From assembly GCF_964204865.1 (NCBI RefSeq), contig NC_135262.1, positions 1,240,001 to 1,304,000 on the forward strand: a stretch of DNA of 64,000 bases. The letters are read 5' to 3'. Both the position numbers and the translations under genes were made by a program. The notes beneath the pieces were generated by a model. It did no database searches, had not been told where the DNA came from, and saw nothing but the letters and a program-made list of their open reading frames with translations. How positions within the stretch are numbered: the first letter of the stretch is position 1; every line of letters starts with the position of its first letter. Shown piece by piece: positions 1-13,500 of this stretch. The DNA is from Styela clava. Lineage: Eukaryota.

Positions 1-28
1 AAATTTCTCTTAAGTGTTCTATACACAG

Positions 29-3000
29 GTATGTGTGATAAAATTGCCATATCTCTCGAGAAAGAACTAAGTCCAGAATCGTTCTATTCAACAAAGATGA
101 TTGCAAACACTTTCAACTGCGCTGGTTTAGTTGAAAGTTGCAACAAATATGCTCTGAAGAATTTTCAATCAATTGTAGCTGAAGACGATTTCAAACATTT
201 GGATGAAGATTATGTTTTCTTTCTGCTTGGATCAAAAGAAGTCGATGTGAGGAGTCTAAATCTGTAATAAAATATATTTATTTTTGTGGTTTTTATTTTA
301 TACCAATTTTTGAAATCCAATATATCTTGATTTAATAATTATTAATTTATTTTTTCGCCATGCAGAAAAAAACACTGTGCAAATAAATATAATAAAGGAA
401 CCTAAGTATGGCATTTCAAGGATAAAGGAATCAAACAGCGACACCCGCGAATTAGTCTAACAGTAATATTGACAAAAGAGAAAAAAGGGCAAACATTATG
501 TCATTAAAAAAATGAAGAGCGAAAGGCAAACCCTAATATGTACAACATATGACTGCAAGCACTTTAAGTAAATGACATAATTAACAATCATTTACAATTA
601 TTTCTATACTCTATACAACTCCAGTTTCAGACTTTCTCCCAGTTCAACCCAAGATCCCACATATTAATAATTTCATTTCAATTGTAGGCGTCTGAAGATG
701 TCAAGTGCAAAGCATTGATTATCTGGACTAACTTCGATTTAGAGCATCGGGCATCAACATTTGGAGAATTATTTGGTAACCTGGATTTGACGAAAATATC
801 GGGAAATTATCAAAAGTTTTTGGTGGAGAAAGAGGTGAGGTAATAAGTTTATGAGCATGATATTTTGGATAGTTTACTTAAGTTTGAATATTGGTTAACT
901 AGTTTTATTCAGAGTACATGAAATTTAATTAGCCTTATTAAGATCTTATATCCTGTCATTACCGTGGATAGCATATGATTTGAATTTTTAAATGAGGGGA
1001 GAGAAAAACCAGTATGATTGTTTAGACATTCAACGAACAAAGTCTTCTTACAAAACAAGTCCAGGTTACCACTAAACTTTGGGCAGTTTTGAGAATAGCT
1101 ACTCAATTTATAGTTTCAGACTTGACTTAGAAGGACCCACCGCTTTAATATTTTTGTTTTTGTTTGCAAATTCATCGTCACATATTTTATTCTGTTATTC
1201 AGCCTTTAGTCTTCGACTCGAATCGATGCCTGAGAGCACTTCTGAAGATTTTCACTGGTGGATTACAATTTGTGGCGGAAGATGTTGTCATCAATAGTAC
1301 GTTTTGATATATCGTGGAGTAATGACTAAACTTTCTATCAATTATAGTACTATTTTTTTAGTACTGCTGTATACGTATACGAGGTAAGGCTAAAAAGAAA
1401 AGGGACTGACGTCTCAGATTGCGCAACACGATTAACCAACCATAATCAACACTTTTGCAGTGTAATATGTGTTCTTTGTTTAACAGCTGTTTTGACACAA
1501 TATCGCAATTATTTTTGCTTTTCAGGATCCATAAGTGAATGTGATAAATTTCTTGTTGAAAAAATGCTGTGCGAGGTCTGATTGAGTTTTTTGGCGATAG
1601 GGGGTTCAATTAAAGGATGACGACTGAGCAAAGAATTAACATTAAAATTTGTGTCAAACTTGGAAAAACGGCGACTGAGACTTTGCAGATGTTGCGTGAT
1701 GTTTATGGAGATTTTTCCGTGTCGAGAACAAGAGTTTTTGAATGGCACAAGCGATTTGTGGAAGGCAGGGAGGATGTGGAGGATGATCCGAGGTCAGGGA
1801 GGCCTTGCACTTCCACTAATGATACCAACATCGAAAAGGTTTGGCAGTTGGTTCGCAGTGACCGTCGCTTAACAATTCGCGTCGTTGCCAACGAAATTGG
1901 GATGGACAAAGAAACGGTCCGCACCATTTTGGTTGACACTTTGGGAATGCGAAAGGTGTGTGCCAAAATGATGCCAAAGGCTCTTGAGTTGACTGAGGAG
2001 CAGAAAGCTCAACGATTGAATGCATGCCGAGTTGACATGCATTTTTCCAAGTTTGAAACAAATTTAATGTTAATTCTTTGCTCAATCGTCATTCTGCAAA
2101 TAAACCCCCTATCGCCAAAAAACTCAATCAGACCTCGCACATCATTTTTTTTTCAACAAGAAATTTATCACATTCACTTATGGATCCTGAAAAGCAAAAA
2201 TAATTGCGATATTGTGTCAAAACAGCTGCTAAACAAAGAACACATATTACGCCACACTGCAAAAGTGTTGATTACCGATGGTTAATCGTGTTGCGCAATC
2301 TGTGACGTCAGTCTCGTTTCATTTTAGCAGGCCCTCGTATGCCCTGCTTCAGACGGATGCTTCTGTAGCCAGGCTAGTTTATGTTCACGGTGAATCCTGT
2401 TTTATTATATTAAATGATATTCTGCTCTTTTGTTGATATGACTCAATAGATTGATATAACTTAGTAGATTGTTTCTACTTTTTCTCTTTCAGATGCTGGA
2501 CCAACCACTGATCAAGTTCAACCGAGTAACGGTAAGTTTATATGAAGCAAAATATCAGTATTAACTATCGTTTGTTTTTGGAAGGAGTTGTACTCTTTGT
2601 ATAATTTGAATGATCATTGATTAGAAAATACAACTCTTAACATAAATATCTGTATGTCATTCAGCATAGTTTATATAATCTGTACCAAGCACTTTGTCAT
2701 TTAAAACATTCAGCCCAACTATGTTGGAGTTGCATGCTGAAAATCTACGACGTCATGCCAACTGTCTCACCAAGTTATGTGTTTTCTTCATCAGCTGTTT
2801 ATATCATTTGTTTGTACTAACAACCAAATTTGTTGACTTCTATTTTTTCTCTCTGTCAATTAATGTTTAAAATTCCTGACTTTTTTTCAGCGATTGTCGT
2901 TTTCAATAAAAAGTTAAAATCAATTCAAGCATTTCGACCAAAGACAAAAACCTGGACGACACTGCAGGTCTGTACAGTTTAACTATACTATTGATACGCC

Positions 3001-6000
3001 TGTTTTAACAATCAGATCATCCTTCAATGACTAATAAATATGCTTTAAGATTTTCATTGTTATATTGATGACAGGTTTGCTCTATATCGTATTTGTTTTG
3101 CAGTTATCTGGACTTGAACTATTCTAAAAGTACTTACCACCAAATTTTATATTTGGACAAAAATAATAAATTTTGCTACACAGAAGGTGAATTTGAAATA
3201 GATAAAGCTTTGACTCCCGACACCATATTTTTAGAGTCTTAATTCAACTTGTCGGATTGAATTCATAGAGTTCGAAAGCATTGTTCGGATTGAATTCATA
3301 GAGTTCGAAAGCATTGTTATGAAACTATGTGTTATTATCGACCTAACCAAAATCCACGATTTTAATCCAACAGGGCATCAGTGATGAATTTGTTGGCATA
3401 GGCTTCACCGCTGTGGTACTCGGTAACATCATCTGTGTTCTTGTAAATGGTGGAACCAATTATCAACTGAATTATACTGATACCAATGCTACATGGGTTG
3501 AACTGGCAGATCGGAGGTTGGCAATAAAACGTGTGGTTGCTGTTGCATTTGAAGGTTAGTAATACAGTTTTTTAATTGAACGTTGAAGATTCTAATTTTT
3601 ATGATTGCTATGCCAATTTACGTTTTCTATAATTCGCTTGTGACTCCACGATCTATAACATATAGGGGGGAATGAATCGTGTTGTGACATTGAACAAATT
3701 AGCGAACTGTCAGTCGCTCATTCCATTTTTTTGACAACCAGGTTCAATCTATTCATTTGATGACTCTGAGTGGACCAGTAAAGCAGTTGAAAAATTTGAT
3801 CCATCTGATGGAACCTGGTCTCATGTCACTGATAAATCTGTGGAAGGATATTATACATCAATAGTTGCTGCAGGATGTAGGTTTAGTAAAACGTTACGTT
3901 ATAAAACTTGGGTGGTAGTTGAATGTAGAATTGGCTGTTCTGGGTTTTGGTGACAGAGCATATGTGACAGGACTCTATACCTACTAAGACAATTTAAAAA
4001 TACTGACGGAGCTATTTTTGATTCGATAAAAAAATGTTAGGACAAATTAAAAGATAGAATTATTTCAAAATCAAATGTATTTGATATATATAATTATTCA
4101 TTCCGTAATAATTTCATTTGTGAATTTGGAACATTTCGGTTGCTATGTTCGCGAATATCATTTTTGAACATATTCGGAATAGTAAAATATTCAAATACCT
4201 TCGTTAGAGAGTATTCTCGACATGGTCCTAAATTATCGTTGTTCCTTTAATCATGCCACATCCTTTCTCTCACATTGGTGTCAAAGTAAGTTACAACTAA
4301 AATTGTCATTTCTATTAATTAAAGTCATTAAATGGCTTATGCGCCAAAACAACGCAACAGTAACCAGGGTAATATTGCGGGAATTATTAATTAAATTTAA
4401 GATGGAACAAATAAGAATTCGGTGGGTGCATGTTGTCCAGCTGCAGTCTCATGGCCAAAATATTATGTTAAACCAATGTTGGCAGGTTAAAAAGTCCGAT
4501 TCTATAAAACAGCTCTCATCTGAAAGAACTTGTGGTTACATGAAGATTGCCAACTTGCAAAACTAATTTATTTTTCATTTGATTCTATTTAGGTTTCATT
4601 TACTGTATTGAAGGGTACAACGGTGAAAATCTATCAAATGCAATGAAATTCAACCCATCAGATTCAACATGGACGACACTTCCTTCAATGCCGAATGCAA
4701 GAAATCGTGCAGCTGCAGTTGAGCTTGATAGGAAGATTTATGTCATGGGTGAGGATTTGCTCCTCAATACATTTTGGCTTGCGCATGCAATGCAAATCAG
4801 GTGCTCGATAAATAGATATTCCGATATACAGATCACCTGCAAATTGACAATTAACTTTCAACTTTCAATACAGCATAAGCAAACGCTTCACTTACCAATA
4901 CTAAACCCTGAAATCTCTGTCCTAATGCCTTCAATATTACATAGATTTAGTCAAGTGCTTCGTGAATTTAATATTTCTTTTCCAAACTCACTTCAGAATG
5001 CAAAATAACCGCAATTACTCCCAAAAAAATTGAAATATTCTCATGTGTGTATGAGTTCCTCCAGAATCTTTCTGTATTGACTTTCAGGAGGTAATTGTAC
5101 ACAATATTTTAAGTCATATCGGCCTAAGGCCTAGCGGTTCCCAACCTTTCTACCCTGGCGGACCGGTAAATTAGATTAAATGTACTCGCGTACCGGCAAA
5201 AAATTAAAATGGCCGGAACAGAAAAGAATAACATATTTTTGCGTAATATATTGCAATGTCAGGCACTCAATATGCTTCTAGACAAAAAAAGCACACTTAA
5301 AAACATTTCACACGGATCATGTACAAACACAATTAACTCCTGTGAGAATTTTGTTGCTGTTTCGTTTCCAATATAAGATTGCAAATAAGGCCTCAAAGAA
5401 GTTTTTGCAACACGTAGCTCTGCAGCCGCGTGCAGCCCATTTCTTTGCTTCATTTTAATTGAATCTAGTAATGAAAATGTTTTTTCGCATAACGCAGTAA
5501 CTGGCTGAAAAGACGGACAACAGTTTGATTGCTCGATTACTTGGCGATGGGTATTCGTTATCAAGAGATATCTAAAATTGTGATAAGTAATTCCTTTTTT
5601 TAATCTGGACTGTAAAGTAGAATTACCATTTTAATCAAGCCTTTTTTCATCATATTAATCCCTCTCCAGTTGATGTCGCGAAAGACGGCGGAAGATAATT
5701 GCGTAATGGGCCAATGCAACTGTGTCTACGGTAAAGCGATTGAGACGGCATAAAAACATCAAAACAACATAATTTCTCACGGACCGGCAAAAAAGCTTCG
5801 CGGACCGGTAAATCGGCTGATCGATATAAAATTTCCAGATAAATTCGAGTTGTTATTTTACAAGGTGGATACAACAATGGCTGCTTAAACATTGTGGAAT
5901 GCTTTGATACAGTTGCTGAAACATGGACCACTGTTGCCAGATTAAACAATCCAAGAGGAAATTTCAAAGCTTGTGTCGTTGAAGGAAAGATATTTGTTGT

Positions 6001-6830
6001 TGGAGGGTAAGTTGGAACCTAATTTATAAACTAAGATATTTAGTGCACGTATCTATTATTTAATCGAAAGGTTGAATAGACCAAAAGTGAAAACAACTTA
6101 TTACTTATCGATCTTAAGATCAGTGAGTACGTTGATAGGTATTTGTCTGTCTGTCTGTTTGTTTGTTTGCCTGTTAGATGAACGCGATATCTCACGGAGG
6201 CGAAGTTGAATCTGCTCCAAATTTTGCATGTGCATTCGTCATATCTCGGACCAACCAGAAGCCTATTGATTTTGGATGAATTATGTCGTATCAATAATTT
6301 AGTGATGGGACACGCGGTGTCACTATAGAGTCATGAATCGAAACCATCTTCGATCGATAAGTCTTAGGTCTCCGATCGATATTCTCGTTCTGTTTATTAG
6401 TAATTCAAATCTCTGAATAGGCAACCATTCGGACGTACAAATCTGATATTGCTAGAAAATTCGATTTTCACAGTCCGTCATGAAAAAACGCAACCCTAAT
6501 TAAGGTGATTTCAAATTGTAGATATCACTGGGTGGAACAGAAATCTAACCCAAAGTGTGTCCTATCGCTTATTTACCATCATTTGTACACTCGACCATTC
6601 AATAACAATTAATAAAATAAGTAAAAATTCAACCAATGTATAACTACATAAATATATCAATGCTTGTATTTACCATTCAATGCTTGAATTACGTTGTTAT
6701 TCTTTGCAGAAATAATTCCAATAACACGATAGAAGAATATGATCTCGCTGTAAATTCCTGGGAAGTTGTTGAAACAATGGATGGGAAAGGCATTGTGAGA
6801 TTGGCTTCCATCGCTTTGAATGTTCCTTAA
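29..6830 (+). CDS. Kelch-like BTB-BACK-Kelch protein, array copy 1 (5' BTB exons lie outside the window). Exons 29-246, 688-834, 1203-1296, 2493-2531, 2891-2967, 3374-3554, 3742-3876, 4593-4748, 5865-6006, 6710-6830
   Basis: All introns are GT-AG with a continuous frame to TAA at 6828-6830. BACK-like segment (NTFNCAGLVESCNKYALKNFQSI...ALIIW) and kelch blades (FNPSDSTWTTLPSMPNAR; GGYNNGCLNIVECFDTVAETWTTVARLNNPR). Exon lengths match copy 3 except for the microexon and the last exon. AATAAA at 6832. Confidence 0.88.
1380..2337 (+). mobile_element. Non-autonomous mariner (Tc1/mariner) element with ~290-bp terminal inverted repeats, in a Kelch copy 1 intron
   Basis: TA at 1378-1379 and 2338-2339; termini CGAGG...CCTCG; 1380-1668 is the reverse complement of 2042-2337 with scattered mismatches; contains a transposase N-terminus. 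Confidence 0.92.
1617..2285 (+). pseudogene. Truncated mariner transposase: DNA-binding HTH region and linker only, no DD(34)D catalytic domain; C-terminal ~80 aa are read from the inverted arm
   Basis: EQRINIKICVKLGKTATETLQML...VFEWHKRF..GREDVEDDPRSGRP...RRLTIR...LGMRKVCAKMMPKAL (degenerate WVPHEL motif), after which homology stops at ~2030. Confidence 0.88.
3252..3318. repeat. 33-bp direct tandem duplication in an intron
   Basis: tcggattgaattcatagagttcgaaagcattgt occurs twice in tandem. Confidence 0.85.
5132..5809. mobile_element. hAT-like MITE remnant (right terminus missing) in a copy 1 intron
   Basis: Begins TAGCGGTTCCCAACCT; subterminal GCGGACCGG repeats at both ends; absent from the homologous intron of copy 2 (15420-15490). 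Confidence 0.6.
6101..6389 (+). mobile_element. DINE-1/HINE-like non-autonomous Helentron-type element
   Basis: 5' hairpin ACTTATCGATCTTAAGATC, (GTCT/GTTT)n microsatellite, subterminal inverted repeat GATCGATAAGT, 3' short stem-loop, TT/GTT ends, no TSD; absent from the homologous intron of copy 2 (~15765). Confidence 0.75.
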
Positions 6831-8219
6831 TAATAAACAATGACTGAATATCCAACATCAAGACTTCAACCCTCAACCCTTTTACACTGCTATGATTTAC
6901 AATCACTTCAATGTTTGAGAACAATGCTTGATTTACTCTTCCTACGTGCTTTATCAAGACAGCAGATTTTCAATATATATATCAATATTTTCGCTAGCTT
7001 GGTGTGATTTTAAATTGTAAATATCATTTCATAAATCAAACAATTCAAGTCAATATTAAGATTTGAGAGTAATTGGATTCTATTGTTGAGACTCTATTAA
7101 TCTAGAATGAATTGTTTATTTTAGCTTAGTAATTACTATATATAATGATTTTTCATCATTCCAATGATTGTTTATTAATTATGTGTAACATTTGATTCTC
7201 AATAGTATGTAAAGAGTAAATTATAAAACTAGGTCGTGTGTGTAATTCCAGCGATATTATTTGTCAGATTTAGAAATTATTGCCGACTTTATTTTTATGA
7301 GATTTTCATATCTGCACTATTAACTACGCCTTAGTTATGATGCGACTCATGCGACATAGATAAAATCTGAAATTCCAACATATTGGGAGTCGTTACTCCA
7401 TAATCAGTGCAGTCTCCCTTTGTTCTAAATTACATTTTCTGCGCTGTACATCTAAAACATATTCTATTATACCAAAGTATTCAAATTTATGTATATTTGA
7501 GACGCAGTTTGATGTTTTCCTCGAATACATATTTATTTCATTTATAGGGAAGGCTCGGTACGTCGCTTTGCCAAGAAATATCAAAAAGTATTTGCATTCG
7601 AAAAGTCTTGAATGCAATGTTAAAAGTTTTACTCAATCAATCCTGCGCAAACACAAAACTGGGGATTAATTTGGTCGCCTGTTTGTCTGTAAATTCGGGT
7701 AAACAACTAGGCCCTGTCATTGCTTTTCATAAAGGAATGATTCTCTTACCTTACCAAAATGTTTGTAGAGTATCCAGTTATGCTGCAAAAGAGATTATGA
7801 CACAAGCAAAAGTATACAAGGTGTTTGGCATATATACTTACTTCTAAGGTTTATTGTCAATGATTATACTAAGATACTTCATGAATGGCTCTTCAATTAG
7901 CATTTTAACACCAAAAGATACAAGATAAGCTTTGCTTATATTTTCTGTGACGTAGCATATAAGTCAATTTAGAATATTTTGCAGTCAATTTAGTCGCCTC
8001 ATCCAAGCATCATAAATAAAAGTGCGGTCATCAAAGTCGATCTTCACGTAATTTGTATGGTAAATATGAAGAAGAAATCGGAATGAATATATAAGGAGTC
8101 GACCATAAATATACACTTTTCCCAATGGTGGCAAGTTTAGCGGTGCAGTTTCACGCATAAGTGTCATCGCCAAGTCTGTAAAACATGTTGCGCAATATGG
8201 CAATTCATTCACTAATATT

Positions 8220-8519
8220 TGTGTCACGGAGGACGGAGTTCCTCAAGGATATTAACTTGGCACATTATTCTTTCCTGCTTACATAAATGACATGCCTCGG
8301 TGTCTGAAATGCTCCGAGTCGATCATATGTGCTGATGACACAGATTCGATTCTTTACGGAAAAAACACAAAAGATATATTCGCGGTGGCAAATCAACTAC
8401 TGGCCAACGTTTACAGCTTGATGCTGATAAACCAATTATGTCCTAATGCCAACAAGACTAATTTTGTATTATTTCATCGGAAAAACTTGAAGTGTGAGTT
8501 ATACAAAACAATTGTTTGA
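8220..8519 (+). mobile_element. Decayed non-LTR retrotransposon (CR1/L2/Jockey-like) reverse transcriptase fragment
   Basis: GVPQGY*LGTLFFPAYINDMP...IICADDT (YADD changed to CADD)...LCPNANKTNFVLF; in-frame stop at 8253-8255. Confidence 0.85.
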
Positions 8520-10560
8520 TAATAGCAATAAAGCTATTATGTACATTTTACGATTTATTGTGATTGTGAAGTATGACATGAGTTCATTTACCGAACCTTT
8601 CGCTCACCTCGAACTTTTTGTGACTGCTTACTGTCAACTGATACTGTTATCCCATAACGGGTTATGTATGTCTAGCCAATTTTTCGCGTGCATATAAGCT
8701 ATCGGTCTCTTCAAATATTCTATCCCTGACGCTAGGCCGCATCATGCATTTTAGAGGCCCTAAACGACTGCGTACTCAAGATTTTGGTTTCCTACATATA
8801 TAAAAAAAAAAAGTAATATTCAATGAAACTGATTCTGAAAAGAATAAGTAAGTTTCAGTATCCAATACTAAATAATGGCCAAGTTTACATGTTTTTTTTA
8901 AAAAAACAGTGTACATACTGGACTAAAAGGATTTTTGAAGAAATCGATTCAAATTTGATTACTGCATCTCCGAATGGAATTATCCGGGCTTCGATCAACA
9001 GAAACTCTGGACGCTTCCACATTTTACTTCATATCTTGTAGGCCTACTCAATTTCCTTCCACTAGAGAGATTCTCTGATTTGCTAGTTTTTTGACAGTTC
9101 CATAAATTTATAAAAGTTGTTATCACGCAGGAATATCTAGGATACGTGTTGAAAACGAACTTGTTTGAACCGTCCTTTCATTTCATATTTGCACTACTGA
9201 AGATTGAAAATTTCTAAATTTCATTATTTCTGACGCTCGAGATTAAGTTGTTTGGCAACGTACATACAGGTTAAAAGGGATTTCCAAACAAATTGATTCA
9301 AATTTGACCTGGTATTGTTCAAAGGCACTTTGACCTTGTCAACAGTCTCAATTGTCATGTGAGGTTTGACATCACGAAAATCAAAATTCTTTGTATATTT
9401 CTGGATTTTGTCTAATGTTATCTTGTTGGATACCTCATTTTGAATTTTGGTTATGTAATCAAAATAGGATATATATAGTCAATTATCATATTTATTCTGT
9501 CTTTTGTATAAAATTAGTTGTATTCAGTCAAATATATTCAATCATTCAACTAATTGTATCCAGTCAGTTGTATTCAGCTAAATATTTTCAATGATTTAAC
9601 TAATTGTATTTAGCAAAGTGTATAGCCAAGTTTTCAGTCAATTACCATTTGTATTTTTTTATTTGATTTTGAGGTGGGGTGCGAGATTTGACAACTTTTA
9701 AAAACCGTTAAAAAGTTTGATAACCGCTGCTGTAGAATATACAGAGCTGAATGATCATGGTCAGGATGGCTCAAGTGACACCTGAGTTAAACTAGAATCG
9801 AACCTCCTGGAATTTGTAAAAGACTATCGGACTTGTCGTGTGTCCGTCTAGTAAAACACTTGATAAGATTTGGGTTATTGAAAGCTTATTATTCCGAGTT
9901 ATTCTATCGGCTCATGTCTCAGTGGTTGCTTATGCAAATCCTTGTTCAGAGGAAATGTGCGACTCACTTAAAGAAAGTGATATAGAAGAATGTATGATCT
10001 AATATTTCATGTGTACCTCTGTCCCACTGACAAGGCATATTCTCTATGTAAGTCTGTTGACTGTTGTTAATTATTAACTCATCATACAACGCACGGTACC
10101 AAGTAATAAGACCCTCAGCGATATTGTGTAAATATATTTATGGACTTTGTTCTCAGGCAATATTTTTTTTGTTGTATTAGTCATGAAGATAATTTAATTA
10201 TCTCTGATTTAAACTAGGTTTATTCTGGACCAAATGATTCTTCACGTGATGTCCTCATAATTGTTTGACGTCACAGGAATTCTTTACGGTCTCCATCAAA
10301 TATTGAAATCTATTATAACAACGCGTAGGCATGTAGCAGTTAGCATGTTAATATAGTATCGCAACCTAATTAAATTCTCTTATGATCAACTAGACTTTGT
10401 GAACGTACTTGCTATGTATTGTGAGGCTAATGACATACCCCGAACCGCATTAGGTTCCATTAGCAGCGTTGCATAATCTAAAATCGTGAAGTACAAGTTA
10501 GTAATGAACTTTGATATATTTATGCTGCATTTCAGCATTTATATAAGCAATTATGCTTAC

Positions 10561-13500
10561 CTTGATGCATATGATTTGAAGCACTGTGGAAAAATGATGA
10601 TGGCACTTAACGAGTAATAACGAGTAACGAGTAAACTGGCATTGTGACAATGGAACAAGTTCAATACTCAAGTGTGAAATCTTGCGTCAATTACATTTAC
10701 ACTGGTATTCACTCCTGGCCGTGAGGAGCGTCAACAACTGATGCACACAGCTCACATGTTACAGTCACAAGGTGAATGATTAAATAAACATAAAACATTT
10801 TTTGAACCATTAGTAGTTTCCTATAACACTGTTCTAGATCATCCTAGTCACAGCATGATAGCAACATCCTGTTAATATTGTAGCCACTACTAGCTTTACT
10901 TCAGGCTTTGTTTAACTCTTTATAACATGACAATCCAATGGCAGTTACGGCGACGGAATAGAATTGAATTTTAAGGAAGTACGAATTTGATACTTTCAAA
11001 TTCCACCTTCATGTTCCAAACAGGGAAAGGTGTTAAAAATTAAACTCAGTCCAAAAATGATTGTTTACTATTTTACATGCAAAATTGTTTCAATACTATA
11101 TGTAATATACTCAGGCATGATCGGCAAAATTGTCATATCTCTTGAGGAAGAACTGAGTCCAGAATCGTTCTATTCAACAAAGATGATTGCAAACACTTTC
11201 AACTGCGCTGGATTAGTTGAAAGTTGCAACAAATTTGCTCTGAGGAATTTCCAAGTCATTGCTGTTCGAGATGATTTCAAACATTTTGAAAAAGCTTTTG
11301 TTTCTTTCTTGGTTGGATAAAAAAAAACAAAGGTGTGTATCTGAATGCAATGTGGATATACTCAATTGATACTTGTCCTTGAAAGGCTCGAGAACTTAGG
11401 CATTTGTCCAATCAAACTCATTACCCCTAATTTTGTGCTATGATCAAACACTAATTTTTTCGAATGTTTGACACCACGGCATCAGCTAATAAGCTAACTT
11501 ATTCATCAGAGTCCATCAGAGGAGTTATATACATGCTGGTATGTATGTTTCTACGTTTCCTCTATATTGTTCATTTTGTTCCATGTTGGTTTGTCAAGTA
11601 TTAGAGCCATTATAGCTTTTTCAACACATTGACTAAAATAATAAGATCTTAAAGTTTGAATAAATTTGGTTTTCTATTGTAACAGGCAGGAGAAAAGATT
11701 AAATGCAAAGCGTTGATTATCTGGACAAGTTATGACATCGAGAATAGGAAATCATGTTTCGGAGAGATGTTCAACAAACTAGATTTGGGAAGAATGTCAA
11801 AGACATTTGATTGAAAATGAGGTAAATTGTACAAGGACAGTTACCGTTTCTCACAAGTTGGCTGAAGTAATGGCAAGCTTTACTGATGACCATAGATAAG
11901 TTTATAAATGGGATCGAAAAAAGTTTTCTGAGATTTATTACTATTACTTATGAATTGCATTCAAAATCAAAGATTACCTAATAAAGTTTTCAATCGTGAT
12001 GGTTCTCGAATATACCACAACTATAATACCAGATTCTTGATATTTTTTTCTTATATCCACAGGTTTTGGTTTTCGAAACAAATTCATGTCTTCGAGCCAT
12101 TGCATTTCTACCTTTCAATCGAAACAACATAAAAGCTAAGGATGTCACTCTTCAAGGTAAAGAATCTCCTTCATGTCTCACTTTATCAGATTCCACAGTC
12201 TTATTTAGTGAATTTGGAACTGTTGAATACCTACCAAGGTTTGCATGATTCAAAACTGTTTTGACAGACTTTGAGCAAATAATTGTTCCACATTTATCGA
12301 ATTTCAACATTTTTCTATTTTAGATCTTTCAAATCAGAAACTTTTTTTTTCAGAATTCCCAGTCGACAATGGTAAGTTATTACTGCAAAGTTTTTCGGTT
12401 TTAAATTTATCTATGTACAACTTTTATTTTTGTTTTCATTTGTTAAATTTGCAAATTTTAAAAGTTAGCATATTAGAACATCTCGAGCATTTTCCTCAGT
12501 TTGATTTCATTTTAGTTTCTTATTTACTTCATATTCTGTTTACTTAAGTTTTAATTATAGCGCTCCAGAACTGTGTGTATCAATATAGAGGAAAACTAAC
12601 TTTGTTCGCCTACTTTACATTTAGTTGTGTAAATAGACTGAAACCTATGGGTAGGGGGTATGTTCACTTGGCTAACACAGACAGTCTCCGAACTCGTAAT
12701 AGATATAAAATGAGGAAAATCGGAATAAAATTATGGCCTAACCCCAACCTGGTACACATATTACGGGAGTACCTTAATTATAATATTGAAATTAATTATG
12801 AACTTTTTTACTCAGCGATTGCCGTGTTTGATAAAAATTCTAAAGCGATTCAAGCATTTGATCCTGAGTTAAAGTCTTGGACAAAGATACAGGTTAGCGT
12901 GTTTTGTTTTATAAATGTTTGAGAAAAACAATTTGCAATTACTAGTCAAAAAAATATGTAAAAATAGAATTCATCAGATACTTCTTGGCAGCCCTATTTA
13001 GCCATTGATCAGATGCACTGCAAAGCATGGCCATGCAAATTACAATTTTTGCACATATCCAAGGTCCAGTTCAAATTTATTAATATATGTTTTTTTGCAT
13101 GCAGTTATCAAACATTGCAATTATTCATTTTATTCAAAATCCGAATAAATATGGTAGTTATGGTATTTCGAACACATTCACAAATAATTTTTTCATATCA
13201 GGACATCGATGATAAATTCGTTGGAAAGGAATTTACCGCTCTTGTACTAGATAGCATCATCTATGTTCTCGTGTTTGATGGAACCAATTATCAACTTGAT
13301 TATACTGATACTTATGCTTCGTGGATTAGACTGGCAGGTCGGAAAATGACAAAAAGTCGTGTGGCCGCGGTTACATTTGAAGGTCAGTAGGACATATGAC
13401 GAAGAAAATTTAATCAACACTTGAAGTTCTTATGATTGTACTAAAAAGTTTCAGTAATTTAGAATGATTTGCACAAAAGTTATATTTCATACGATATGGG

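Noticed and set aside
1358-2085. Minus-strand ORFs over the mariner
   Set aside because: By-products of the inverted arm and antisense frames of the transposase.
4222-4566. 114-aa ORF and most other short ORFs in the supplied track
   Set aside because: Intronic or repeat-derived, with no domain motifs or compatible splice phases.
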